Source: Azolla caroliniana (lineage: Eukaryota; Plantae; Polypodiophyta). From it: a stretch of 64,000 bases of DNA. This document shows, piece after piece, positions 53,065-64,000 of this stretch. A model generated the notes under the pieces. It was given only the letters and a program-made list of their open reading frames with translations, searched no databases and was not told where the DNA came from. The stretch is from positions 12,896,001 to 12,960,000 of the forward strand of contig JBHGNT010000014.1 of assembly GCA_043228905.1 (NCBI GenBank), in the 5' to 3' direction. Position 1 is the stretch's first letter. Each line of letters starts with the position of its first letter. A program made the position numbers and the translations under genes.

Positions 53065-55828
53065 CATCTCTTTCTCTCCCTCTTCCCTAATGTTGAGCCC
53101 CCTTGGGAGGGGGGTGGAGCCATTCTAGGCACCACCCCCCACCCCTCAACGCTTGACAACATCTACATGATCTCTCTCACCATCATACCATTCATCATCT
53201 CCACTATTACACCATGTCTATCTTCATCATCAATCCATCATTGCTAACCATTTCCATCTTCGTTATTATCATCAAACCTAATCCTAAAACATACAACAAT
53301 CCATCGAATGAAATATGACGACCCGCCACAAGGATGCTCTTGTCAATTCCGCAAAGTCCTTGACCATTTTCACTAACTGTATGAACCGAAACAGTTCATC
53401 ATCGTATGATGATCTTGCCATACGAAAGTCGTATGGTATATCCGCGATCAAGAGTGCGTACTCTTTCTTCGGTAGCTTTAGGACCATCTCTGCTACATCA
53501 TCGCAATAGACGTTGTAGTATAGATCTCGGGTGATATCTTTCTTGTGGCTAATATTTTTTACGAGGCCGTCATCTTCAACATCATACACCTTTATAAGGC
53601 GCCGATCCTTTTCCTTTTCGGGCCCTCTCCAAATGTGCGAGAAAGGATGTTGGAAAGTTGTGAATGTCTTTAACTTCACCAAGCTTTTTGCTACGACATG
53701 GTTTCGACATATAGCAAGAAATATAAAGATTAGTTACTTAATATTGTTACTATACAATGTACTAAAATGACAAATAAGCATGAAAAATTACCCAATCCTT
53801 AAACTCTATGAGATATTCCGACAAAGCCTTGTACGAAGACGTTGTCGGATAGTCCTTGGTCACTTGTTCCCAAGATAAACAACCCAGTTGTTTCATCATC
53901 AACTCTTGGATTTTCATATAAACCTTATGACTAAAGAAACAGAAGCAAATGTTAGAACTTAACAAAAATAATAGGGGAGAACGTGTCAGACCCAAAAAAG
54001 ATAGTTGTTGAATCCTATGACCATGTCTTCAAGCAAAAGCTCCTTCGCCACAACCCTTGATAGGACAGACACAAGAAGTTGCTCCTTATTAATTCCTTAC
54101 ATTGCTCTCCACAGAGACAACTTCATGTCATTAGCGGCTTCCCCGATGGTTAAGTCAATCTTCTTTGCCACACTTGGCTTTAACTCAAGTTGGATCCACT
54201 TTAGACTTTTTCTTCCTTTGACCTTTGACCTCTTTGTTCTCCCACATGGTGAAAATCTTGTCTTGTAAATCCCAGACATCACCATCTCTAAAAGCTAGCT
54301 AGAACCACAACTTGTATTCTCTTATGCCTTCAGACTTCACAATGTCATCAACCATGATTTCAACTTCATGAAGACATTGACATTGAAGACCTAGATGTAG
54401 CTTAGGTTCAAATTTGGCCTTGATGTCGAGGTATTCATGGTGGAAAAACCTAATACGCTTGATTGATGAAATTTTTTGTCTATAGTCATTGTCGTTGTTG
54501 TGATCCTAGGCTAGCAGCTTGGCCTTTTCAACTGTTAGACCCACATATATTTTGCATTCAGCGTACTTGAAAAAGAATGTTGTGGGTTGTTCTCTAATGA
54601 GTTGCTTTCTAGCTTCGGCTGAATGTGATCCCCCGATGATGAAGTAGTTATATTGATCATGTTTTCTAACATCAAAATTTTCCAATGTCGCACATTGTCA
54701 CTCCGTTGGATCAACCATTACAATGAATGATACTACTTTCGCATGAGGATTGATCTTCATCTTCTTGGTAAGGTTCTAGACGTGCAACTTATGAGGTTCT
54801 CTAATTTCAAGTGGGCGATGTCCAGTTGTCTCGTCCATCGATGGTCGGTGGATGTGTGTGATAGGGAGATTAAACACATGGCCTTTACGGACAAGCTTCC
54901 TCTAAATTATCTCCCTTCTAATATTATTTTGCTCAGAAGACAAGACACCAGACGCTAATTCTGTCCTTGGTGTTGTTCGAGTTGTGTCGTCATATATAGA
55001 GCTCGAGGACGATGACTCTGACATCTTTGTCACTTTCTTCTTCGGAGGCCTCAAGTGTGTGGGTGCTTTTTTGGGTGCTACCTTCATAGGAGAGGGGGAC
55101 GACTCTCTCAATGTCACATGACCTTGTATACATGGACACAAAGTCACAATCAAGTTGCTCATAGTCTCAATTGCCAACTTGAAGGCCTCAGGTCCGCACA
55201 CCTCTTTTACTACCCTTTCCGCCAAGACGTACATTTTAAGTACACCCTTTGATGACTCTATTAATAATATAAGGTTCTGGGAATCAGGGTCTTTGTAGTC
55301 CAATCGCAATATACGTCCGTAGAAGAAAGGTCATTCTTTAGCCAGTTGGCCGTCACCCTTAGCTCGAGTAGTTATAAGTATGAACTTTTTATTCAAGTCA
55401 ATGTACTGCATCGAGTTGTAGTCTGTAAAGTCTTTGTCTGGCAAGTTTTCACCGCCAACTGCTCCCACCATTATTTTTTGGCTTACTTTGTCAGAAGGCT
55501 AGCGAACCACATCTTCCTCGACCATTAATTTTTTCCCTTTTCCCTGATAGGTAACTATTGGGAGCTTTCTAGTTTCTTTTGGGGAACTTTGATATTTAAT
55601 TCTAATCTTCTTAATAGGACATTCCTCCTGAAAGTCAGTGGACCTAGTGTCATGGATGAAAATTGCATTAATAGATTAAAATTTGACAATAGAGATTGAT
55701 TTATAATCTAAAAGCATAGAACTATGTGTATTAGGCTTCATTAAAGTGAAAAAAATGTATAATTTGGGGTTAAATATATGTAATATTTTGTACAAATTCT
55801 CTCTAACTTCTCGCAATATTGTTGCCAT

Positions 55829-56075
55829 AAATCGATACAATGTATCAAGTTACTACCCAACGTCGATACAATGTATCGTGGTGCTACCCTTTTGGCACAA
55901 ACCCGATACAATGTATTGAGTGGTGCACAAACTCAATACATTGTATCGAGTTTGGGTAGCAACTCGATTCAATGTATCGAGTTTGGGCAACAACTTGATC
56001 GAGTTACTACTCTTTTGGCAGCAGCTCGATACAATGTATCGAGTTTAGTAGCAACTCAATACATTGTAACGAGTT
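55829..56075. repeat. Array of eight 23-bp palindromes, consensus AACTCGATACA(A/T)TGTATCGAGTT
   Basis: Copies start at about 55829, 55859, 55900, 55930, 55961, 55992 (collapsed), 56023 and 56053; spacers 7-18 bp. Confidence 0.9.
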
Positions 56076-56831
56076 GGTGCCCATTCAAGTCAGGTATTGG
56101 TGCACAAAATGTGGGTGTAGGGTACAAGAAAAAAAATTGTTTGTACAACTCATCCTACTAACCTAGAGTCTGTCCTTTGTGTCTTCCTAGATTACATGTT
56201 GGTTGTTCGGAAGGGTGTTGTCCACATGGTTGAGGTGCTCTCCTTGTTGTAGGTGTAAAGGTCTTAGGTGTTCTAGTGCTCAATTGATCGTAAGTGTGCT
56301 CTTTGTACTCTCGTGGAGAGAAAATGAAATGGTCCACCTATTTATAGGGAAGTAAGTAAGTAGGGTTAGTTACTCGTGCAAATACACCAAAAAGTACAAA
56401 CAGATTAAATCTTTATACATAACTATAGTTAGTTATGGATTTTGAGTTGAAAGTACAAACACACTATTGTTTTACATTTAATTTGTTGGGATATTAATTG
56501 AGGTCTACTTTAAAGTTTTAAATTATACTTACCTCAATTTATGTATACTTCATAACTATCCTTTAACCATTGTACACATAAATTTTAGTAATAATTTCTA
56601 GGTATATTAAAATTTATAGATTCTTTTTTATTAAAGTAATAGAATTTAATATTTCTAGTTATATTAAATTTGAGTTATTGAATTTAAAGTCCATGCATAT
56701 ACTAAAAAATATTTGTTTATTTTTAATAAAAAGTGTGTATAGATAGATAGCTTTTGTAGCTATTCTTATTTTAGATCTCTTAGTTTTGAACAAGGGAAAC
56801 TACTTTTGGAAAGAACAAAGTGCTTTTAGAA

Positions 56832-58815
56832 ATGAGTGAAAATTCTCCTTTTTCTATGAGTGAATATTTAATGTCAATAGCTTCACCTTTTTTTTGTTGA
56901 CAAATACAATATGGATTTGGAATATGTTGCCAGATGCCAAGAATTATGGAAGTGAGTAATGAGTTCTCACTTGATGAGTATGACAACAATGAAATTTCTA
57001 ACCATGAAGACCATGCAAAGAGTGTTAGCCAAGCCATTGAATTTCGAATAAAGACCAACGTTCTTGAGGTGGATGATGACACCAATATATGTAAGGAAGA
57101 CATGAAGACCGCTAGCCCAATCCATTTCAGGAGAGTTCCACATCGAATGTAGCGACACTGGTTCAACTTGGTGACATAAGAGAAACAACTAACATTAGAT
57201 GTCTCGAACTGATGTTGCACTCATGGATGCTTGTCAATGTTGGGGAAGGTTAAATTATGTGAATTGAGAAGTTATTATTTTTCACTCATTGGTGATGAGT
57301 AGGACACTTATTTGGTGACACACATGCAAATGGTCTCCGACAAATCATCAGAAATTTCAATCTCCTTTGAGTATTACATAAATGGTGCACAACAATGTTG
57401 TAGAGTAGCATTTAAAATTTCTTTGTGTTAGCAATATGATATTACATAAAGTGCAACAAAGAGTTATTAATGGTGATATTAGTATCAATGTCAATTACAT
57501 TCCAAGTATGGAAGGAGCAGTCAGAAGAAATGTAACCAGTTGGATGAAAAAATACTTTGAGCTCAACTGCGAAGTAATGCCAACTATAGGTTGATTGCAT
57601 CTCTCAAATAACTACACGCATAGAGAACTATACGATGCTTACAAATCCGAGATGTTGACCTCAAGCGAGAAGTACATCACCTATAACCAATTTACAAGAC
57701 TGTGGATTGCGCAATACTCAAATGTTTTCATACCTCGAAAAGTCCGTATGGGTTACTGTTCAATATGTGCAAACCTGAAGAGCATGGCTAAGGGTGCCAA
57801 AACAACAAAAGAAAAGGACGATCATAAAAAGGTTTTACAAGAACATCACAAAGCTCAGATGTTAGAGCAAAAGAGGGCAATGGTTCATAGAGAGAAATCA
57901 TTGAAGAATCCAACTCAATACATGTGTCTAATGATCAATGGCATGGATAAGAAGAATACGTGTCTACCCCACATGCAGAGGCTTCCTAAAGATGTCAATG
58001 ATGAATTTCTCGTACAGATGCATGTGGTTGGTTGCTTGGCTTATCATGGGATGATTAAACCTCATGTCTTCATTACATACCCTAACGTCCATAATGGCCC
58101 CAACCTTACGGTTACTGTGATTTAGAGGGTTTTGATGGACAATACTACTAGGGAAAATAAGAATTCAACTATTTTTGGGTATTTGAGTATGTTGGTGAAC
58201 CAAGGTGTGTTCAGGAGAATAAAGGTGAATTTCCTTCTATTTGGTCACACTCATGACCATATTGATCAGACGTTTAGTACATTCTCAAGGTAGTTGTCTC
58301 GTGATGATGCTTTCACTTTACCCAGGCTGGTTCATATCATATCTGATGCATATATGCCACGTCCGAAAGTTGTGCACCTAATGGAGATATATGGCTTCAA
58401 AATATTCATATCAGATGGTGGGGAGGGCAATTGTAAAGTGTTATCCCAACTAAATAATATAAGTTTCAATCATATTTTGTTAATAAAGAGAAATGATTTA
58501 ACTAATTCTACATTGCTATATGCAAAGCAGTATTCGTCTTCTCCATGTTGGGAGCCTGAATGTGGTTATCAATTCTTGCTCCATATGCCATCTACTACAG
58601 TTTATGGTGCAAAACAAATGCCAATTGAGACTAAAAAGGAATTGCACGGTGTATTAGTAGATAAACAAAAGAGTTATTGGATACAAGCCTTAAAAGAAAA
58701 AAGGAAGCATATTGATAATGCAAAGAAGTATGATGCACAAGAAGTGTGGTGGGATGACTTCTTCATTGATCAAGAAAAATTATTGATAGTTGTGTTGCTG
58801 GTAGTTGGGCTTTAG
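56832..58815 (+). pseudogene. Sola-like DD(D/E) transposase with stops and a deletion
   Basis: CCTHGC..YYINGAQQCCRVAF N-terminus; FTRLW..IPRKVRMGYCSIC; LMINGMD; MDNTTRENKN; FLLFGHTHDHIDQTFS (58230-58280). Confidence 0.78.
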
Positions 58816-58844
58816 AAATGCCATTTACATGGTCTATACAATAG

Positions 58845-61800
58845 TTAGTTGACAATAGATTCGGCGCGTGCCGGTTCATCGATTCCTTCGTGTTGGCGTT
58901 GACTTTCGCTGCCATCTCGTCCTCTTGGCCTTGAATTGATCCGGTCCTTCCGAATCTGTCTGTTGAACCAAATCGACTGTCTCCAATTCGTTCCAGCTCT
59001 TGTCCAAATCGGTCCCTCCTGATTCATCTTCCAATTCGAGGCCCTTCACCACGTCGGACCATGTCCGGGTCGTGGCCTTCTTGCTTCGGTCGGCTCGGTC
59101 CTTCTTGACTCCTCCACCGCTGCCGCTTGTTCCGACTTGTTTGGATGTGTCGACTTCCTTTATCGACTCGGCTCCTTTCTTCTTCTTGTCTCTCCCTTTA
59201 TCGACTCGGCTCCTTTCTTCTTCTTGTCTCTCCCTTTATCGACTCGGCTCCTTTCTTCTTCTTGTCTCTCCCTTTATCGGTTCTTCCCTCACCGGCGCAT
59301 TAGGCAATCTCTTTGCCTTTGCCCATTCCGGTGTTTTTGCCCATTCTCCCCCTCAAGTGTGGCACGTTGAGATGTTGTACACCAAGCATTTCGGTGAAGT
59401 GCTGCAACTTGTCCGATCCGAGTGGTTTGGTGAAGATGTCAGCAACTTGCCGATCCGTGTGAACATACCGAAGTTCGACCTCATCGCTCAGGACATGCTC
59501 ACTCACGAAGTGATAGTGCACTTCTATGTGCTTTGTGTGAGCATGGAATACAGGGTTCTTGGTGAGCTGCATGCTACTTATGTTGTCGCAGTAGATCAGA
59601 ATCGGGGTCGGTACCTCAATTCGTAGGTCTTGCAGCAGTCGCCGAAGCCAAATGGCTTGACAGGTGGCAATGGTAGCGCCCCGATACTCAGCCTCAGTGC
59701 TCGACAGAGCAATTGTTGGCTGCTTTTTGCTACTCCACGCAACAGCCATGATACCTAGGGAAAACATATAACCAGAGGTTGATCGGCGATTTGATGCATC
59801 GTCGGCCCAGTCGGCATTTGTGTAACCAACCAGCTCTTCAGTTATTCCTCACCGGTATAACAGTCCCCGGTCCTTCGTGCCGCTCACATACCGCAATATT
59901 CAGTGCGCGAACTGAAGATGCTCTACGGTCAGCTTCTGCATGAATTGGCTAATCACACCGACCTGATAGCTTATGTCGGGTCGGGTGATAGTCAAATATA
60001 TAAGGCTTCCGACAATTTGTCGGAACCGTTTCTCAACGCAGGCCGGTCCGGAGTTGGGACAAAGCTTCTGGTTCCGGTCCATGGGTGTAGAGACAGGTCG
60101 GCATTCTGTCATGCTGAACTTGGACAACATATTCAACACATAGGGCCTCTGTGAGAGCAATATGCCGTCGGGGGTTCGGATCACCTCGATCCCAAGAAAA
60201 TAATGAAGGTCCCCTAGGTCCTTCATCTCAAACGCATCCGACAATTGGGACTTGACTTGGCTCATTTCATCGAGTCCGGGTCCGGTGATGACCGATCATC
60301 AACATACAACAAGATGCAAACCGGACCGTCCGGACCTTGCCGAATGAACAATGAAGAGTCGGACTTGGAGGCCGCAAACCCCATCTTACGCAACCGGTGC
60401 GTGATCTTCGCATTCCGGACTCTCGTTCGGCCCACTCAACCAAAACGATTCCGGACTCTCTTCTTGAGTCCCGAATTCATCATCTTCTATCTGGACTGGT
60501 TCAGGCTCACTAGCCTCATCCTCCGGTATCGGGTCGGGTTCAGAAGTCGGAGCTGGTAAGGCATACCATGATGCCGTCTCATCAAACTCAACATCGCGGC
60601 TAACTCAGACTTGCTTCGTCCGGGGGTTATAACACTTATACCCCTTTTGCTCATGTGAGTAGCCGACGAGGATGCACTTCTCCGATTTTGCATCCAGCTT
60701 CCTCCACTTCTCATCCAGCACATGCACATATGCTATGCTGCCGAAAATCAGAAGGTGTCTCAAATTCGGCTTGCGCCTGAAATATAGCTCATGCGCGGAC
60801 ACCGTGTCACCGATCCGGTTTTGGATGTAGACGACCGTCCGGACCGCCTCCGCCCAGTAGAAATGGGGCATGCTCTTCTCTTCGAGCATTGCGCTTGCCG
60901 CGTCGACAAGCGACTGGTTCTTCCTTTCGGCCACACCATTTTGCTCCGGTGTGTATCTGTAGCTAAACTCTCTCCGAATTCCTGTTTGCTGCAGATAACT
61001 CTTGAATTGGCCGGAAAAATATTCTTTTCTACCATCTGACCACATGCACTTGATCTTCCTCTCGAATTCCTGTTCCACCATGGTATGGAGGTTCCGGAAA
61101 CAGTCGAAGACTTCACTCTTCCGCTCAATGAGGTAGATCCATGTGTGTAGGCTATAGTCATCGATGAAGGAGACGAAGTATCGACTCCCGCCAAGACTCA
61201 CGTTCTGTGCCGATCCCCATACATCCGAATGAATAAGGTCGAGCTTGTTACAGCTACGGTTTTGTTCGGTGGGGAATGGAAGCTGGCGTTGCTTCCCGAG
61301 TTGGCAGGTTTCACATACTTGGGCCTTCCGGCCACTAAACTTCGGCAAACCGAAAACAACTTGTTTCGTCTGCTGGTCTTGAAGCCTTCGGTAATTGACG
61401 TGGCTGATCTACTTGTGCCACAGGTCGATGTCCGATTCGACCTTCTGTCCTTTGACAAACAGGGCGGTGCCGATGTCATTGGTGTCAAGTATGAACATCC
61501 TCCCACCTCTGCGCCCTTGCGCGATAATCTGGCTCTCCTCCTCGATGAAGCACCCGAGGTGCGTAAACCGCACCTGCATTCCCTGGTCGACAATTTGTCC
61601 GACCGACACCAGGTTCTTCGTGATAGTCGGAACGTGTAATACGTTTATCAGCTTCCCCCTCTGTCCGACGTGGCTTAGGGGAACTTCTCCGACATTCACG
61701 ATTGGGTGAGGAGTGTCGTCTCCGGTTTCGACAACTCCCGGTTGTTCCGGTTTCTCCAAGAAGGAGAACCACTCTTTGTGGTTCATCATGTGATTTGACG

Positions 61801-63343
61801 CACCGGAAACAACGTACCACAATTCCTCCGATTTGGAAGTGGTCTTCTTCATCGAGTTACCCTCGTGTTTCATCACCAAGGTTGGCCCGTTACCGGTCTT
61901 CCCGGTTCCGGATCCTTTCGATCCTTGCGCGTAGTGCGAGCTTTGCGGGTTCTCCCGACTGGTTTTGCCGGATCCAGATCTGTCCAAATCGGCGCACTTC
62001 TTCTAGCACTCACTTTCTCTATGGCCCGTTTTGCCACAGTACCAGCATTCCGTGGCGCATTTGTCTTGCCGGCCTCTGGCTCCACCTTGACTCCCCCTAC
62101 TTGTGGAAGTCCCAGAACTGCTGTCGGCACAGTCTCTGTGCCGTCGGTCTTGCCCTTGCCAGCCGCCTCCATTGCGTGCCGACCCGCCTCGTCCACCACG
62201 CCCATGGGGCCGATCCGCCTCTGTGTACAACATCCGGCTGTCAATGGGTGCACTTGTTGACGCACCGGCGTGGTTCTCCTCTACAAGGAGCATCGACTGT
62301 AATTCAAAAAATGATGGCGTATTCTCCCTCGTACATATAGCTGTCCGGAAAGCTCGAAACTTAGACACTAGGCCCCCAAGACAGACCTGTACCATCTCGT
62401 CTTCCTCTACCATGACGTTGATAGAGGCAAGCGAGTCACAGATCTCTTTGATTCAGGCCGTGTAATCAGCCACCGACATGTCCTTCTGTCGGACATTGCT
62501 CAACTCCTGTCGGAGTTGCAGCTTTCGGGCTCTAGTGCTTGCGGCGAACACCTTCTTCAGGTTTCCCCAAGCATGTTTCGGTGTCTTGGCATCTCGGACG
62601 TGGCTCAACAGCTACTCTCCGACACTGGACGCAAAGCAGTACATCACTATACTTGCCGATGGTTCCCACACCGGGAAGTCCTTGTGTGCCGTATTAGGTG
62701 CTGTGTTGTTAGCTCCGTCGACATAGCTCTAGTAACCATGCCCAAGTAGGTATTGGTGCACCTTGTATGACCAAGATGCGCAGTTAGATCTATCGAGCTT
62801 CTCCACCAGAGGAGAGCTAGCCATTCCTCTATCCATTGTTTTTTCTTTGTTCTTTACAAAGGTTAGGCTTTCTTCTTGCGAAGGCGAATGTCGGCTGTAG
62901 AGGTTCTCAACCCTCGTGCTTTGATACCATGTAAAAACAAATAGCGTGCGGAAGCAATAGAAAACAAAAAACAGAGAGCAGGTTTAATGGAGAGCTTAAC
63001 AGTATGCGGGAGAGACAGAGAGAGCAGAACAAGAATCACTATTCAAAAATTATATCAACACTCTGTACATAGTATGTGTTCAATGAACACTTTTATACAA
63101 GTCCATACAGACTGACAAAAGTACGGTGTACTTCAATGCTCACTTAAGTGTCTGACACTAACTACGAGAGTATTAACTCCCTAGTAGTCTAGTTGCTACT
63201 AGGCTTCCGGTTACTGATGGATCTTGCTAACCGGCTCCCCAACTCACCGACTCTTTTGCTTATCGGGTGCTCACTGGTCCATCTCGCTCATTGGCTCTAT
63301 CTTATTCAGCCGATCCGGCACCAATTGAGCTTGCCGCTCAACA
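58845..63343 (-). mobile_element. Copia element E, lacking the 3' LTR, with part of RT deleted
   Basis: 5' LTR 62930-63343; PBS-like 62918-62929; broken gag-pol ~59300-62836 (CWYCGKTGHRESEC, SGASNHM, HSDVWG, QNGVAERKN, TKHIEVHYHF). Confidence 0.9.
59156..59279. repeat. About 3.3 copies of a 38-bp tandem repeat in the Copia E 3' UTR
   Basis: CCTTTATCGACTCGGCTCCTTTCTTCTTCTTGTCTCT repeated. Confidence 0.92.
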
Positions 63344-63349
63344 CAAATG

Positions 63350-64000
63350 ATTGAAATGGGCTCGAGCTATTATATGCAACTACTGAATGTATGCAAAGAG
63401 GAATAGATTGATCATGATGCTTTTAGAAATATAATAAATAGGATACCAAAGAGAGTTACTGCTAAGATGATGGACCAACTAAATACCCCTATATGTATGC
63501 AGGAATTGTGGGATGCAATTGCAGATATGAACAAACAAAGTTGTGCAGGTATTGATGGACTCCCTATATACTTTTACATCAAACGTTGGCATTTAATTAA
63601 GGATGACATGTTGGTAGGGATGCAATACATTATGGTAGAAGGTGTAATGCCTACAACAATGTGTAGAGGAATGATTTATTTAGTACACAAGGATGGAAAA
63701 GATCTGACATTACTCGATAATTGGCGAGCATTGATGATTCTCACCAATGCCTATAAGATCATGGCTAAAGTTCTAAGTAGTTGATTGAAAACAGTACTAG
63801 GGGACATTATACATACAATGCAAATTGACTTCCTAGAAAATTGGAGCATTGTTGACAATGTGACAACTTTTTGGGAGTATTCAACATGGGCAGGGGAGCA
63901 AGAAGTTAACCTGGTAGTAATGCAACTATAAAAAGATTCATGTGCGGAAAAGTGAGCGAAAGACACCAAGTACATAGTCAATTATTCGGAAACTCAACAG
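63350..64000 (+). pseudogene. LINE reverse-transcriptase fragment
   Basis: ELWDAI..SCAGIDGLPIYFY..W..IK; GMIYLVHK..DNWRAL..AYKIMAKVL; SIVDNV. Confidence 0.85.

Larger units (their letters stand above)
47210..53298. mobile_element. Solo LTR (47210-~47472 plus ~53026-53298) split by a LINE
   Basis: TGTTACCGTACGAGATG...ACAACA; perfect TSD ATCCA; the two halves are collinear with 43167-43637. Confidence 0.9.
46300..55525 (-). pseudogene. Spliced gene for ParB/Srx-like domain plus beta-class N4C/N6A DNA methyltransferase; interrupted by a solo LTR and LINE (47210-53298)
   Basis: Hand translation: YFIIGGSHSAEA (~54611-54648); VYCDDVAEMVLKLPKKEYALLIADIPY (DIPY 53431-53442); NLTW/IKTN..FINTIEYI across a GT-AG intron 47043-47142; NPF*KPQRLIMRLIEMFSSKGDWILDLFSSKG (46751-46845); TTSTCVLKLFRNSIALEKD. 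Confidence 0.85.
45860..58830. mobile_element. Decayed Sola-like DNA transposon carrying a ParB-like/DNA amino-methyltransferase cargo gene; boundaries uncertain
   Basis: Divergent transposase and cargo pseudogenes with similar decay; palindrome array between them; right end lost at the Copia E junction; left end only tentative. Confidence 0.6.

Noticed and set aside
46300-55525. Bacterial contamination as the source of the methyltransferase
   Set aside because: The gene has GT-AG introns and is interrupted by a plant solo LTR with a perfect TSD
55829-56075. CRISPR array
   Set aside because: Spacers are 7-18 bp and similar to each other; no cas genes; eukaryotic context
511-62749. Many short antisense or alternate-frame ORFs over retrotransposon genes
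   Set aside because: Shadow ORFs of GC-rich gag-pol with no independent motifs

Overview
A repeat-dense eukaryotic window, almost certainly from a land plant and probably a non-seed plant (inference from the element lineages). It holds one intact host gene, an intronless group-S-like bZIP factor (11078-11650, minus strand). The rest is mostly nested transposons. At the start, an Athila/Tat-like Gypsy element with a large extra coiled-coil ORF sits inside a Copia. A 27-kb Copia complex (16650-44027) contains three more Copia elements, a chromovirus, three solo LTRs and a MITE-like piece. There is also a hAT MITE, a full-length L1-clade LINE inside a (CT)n tract, a truncated Copia and a LINE fragment. 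The most unusual feature, mostly missed by the ORF track, lies at about 45860-58830. It is a decayed Sola-like DNA transposon whose transposase faces away from a spliced gene encoding a ParB/Srx-like domain fused to a prokaryote-type beta-class N4C/N6A DNA methyltransferase. Eight 23-bp palindromes lie between the two genes. All domain calls come from hand translation and motif recognition; no searches were run.
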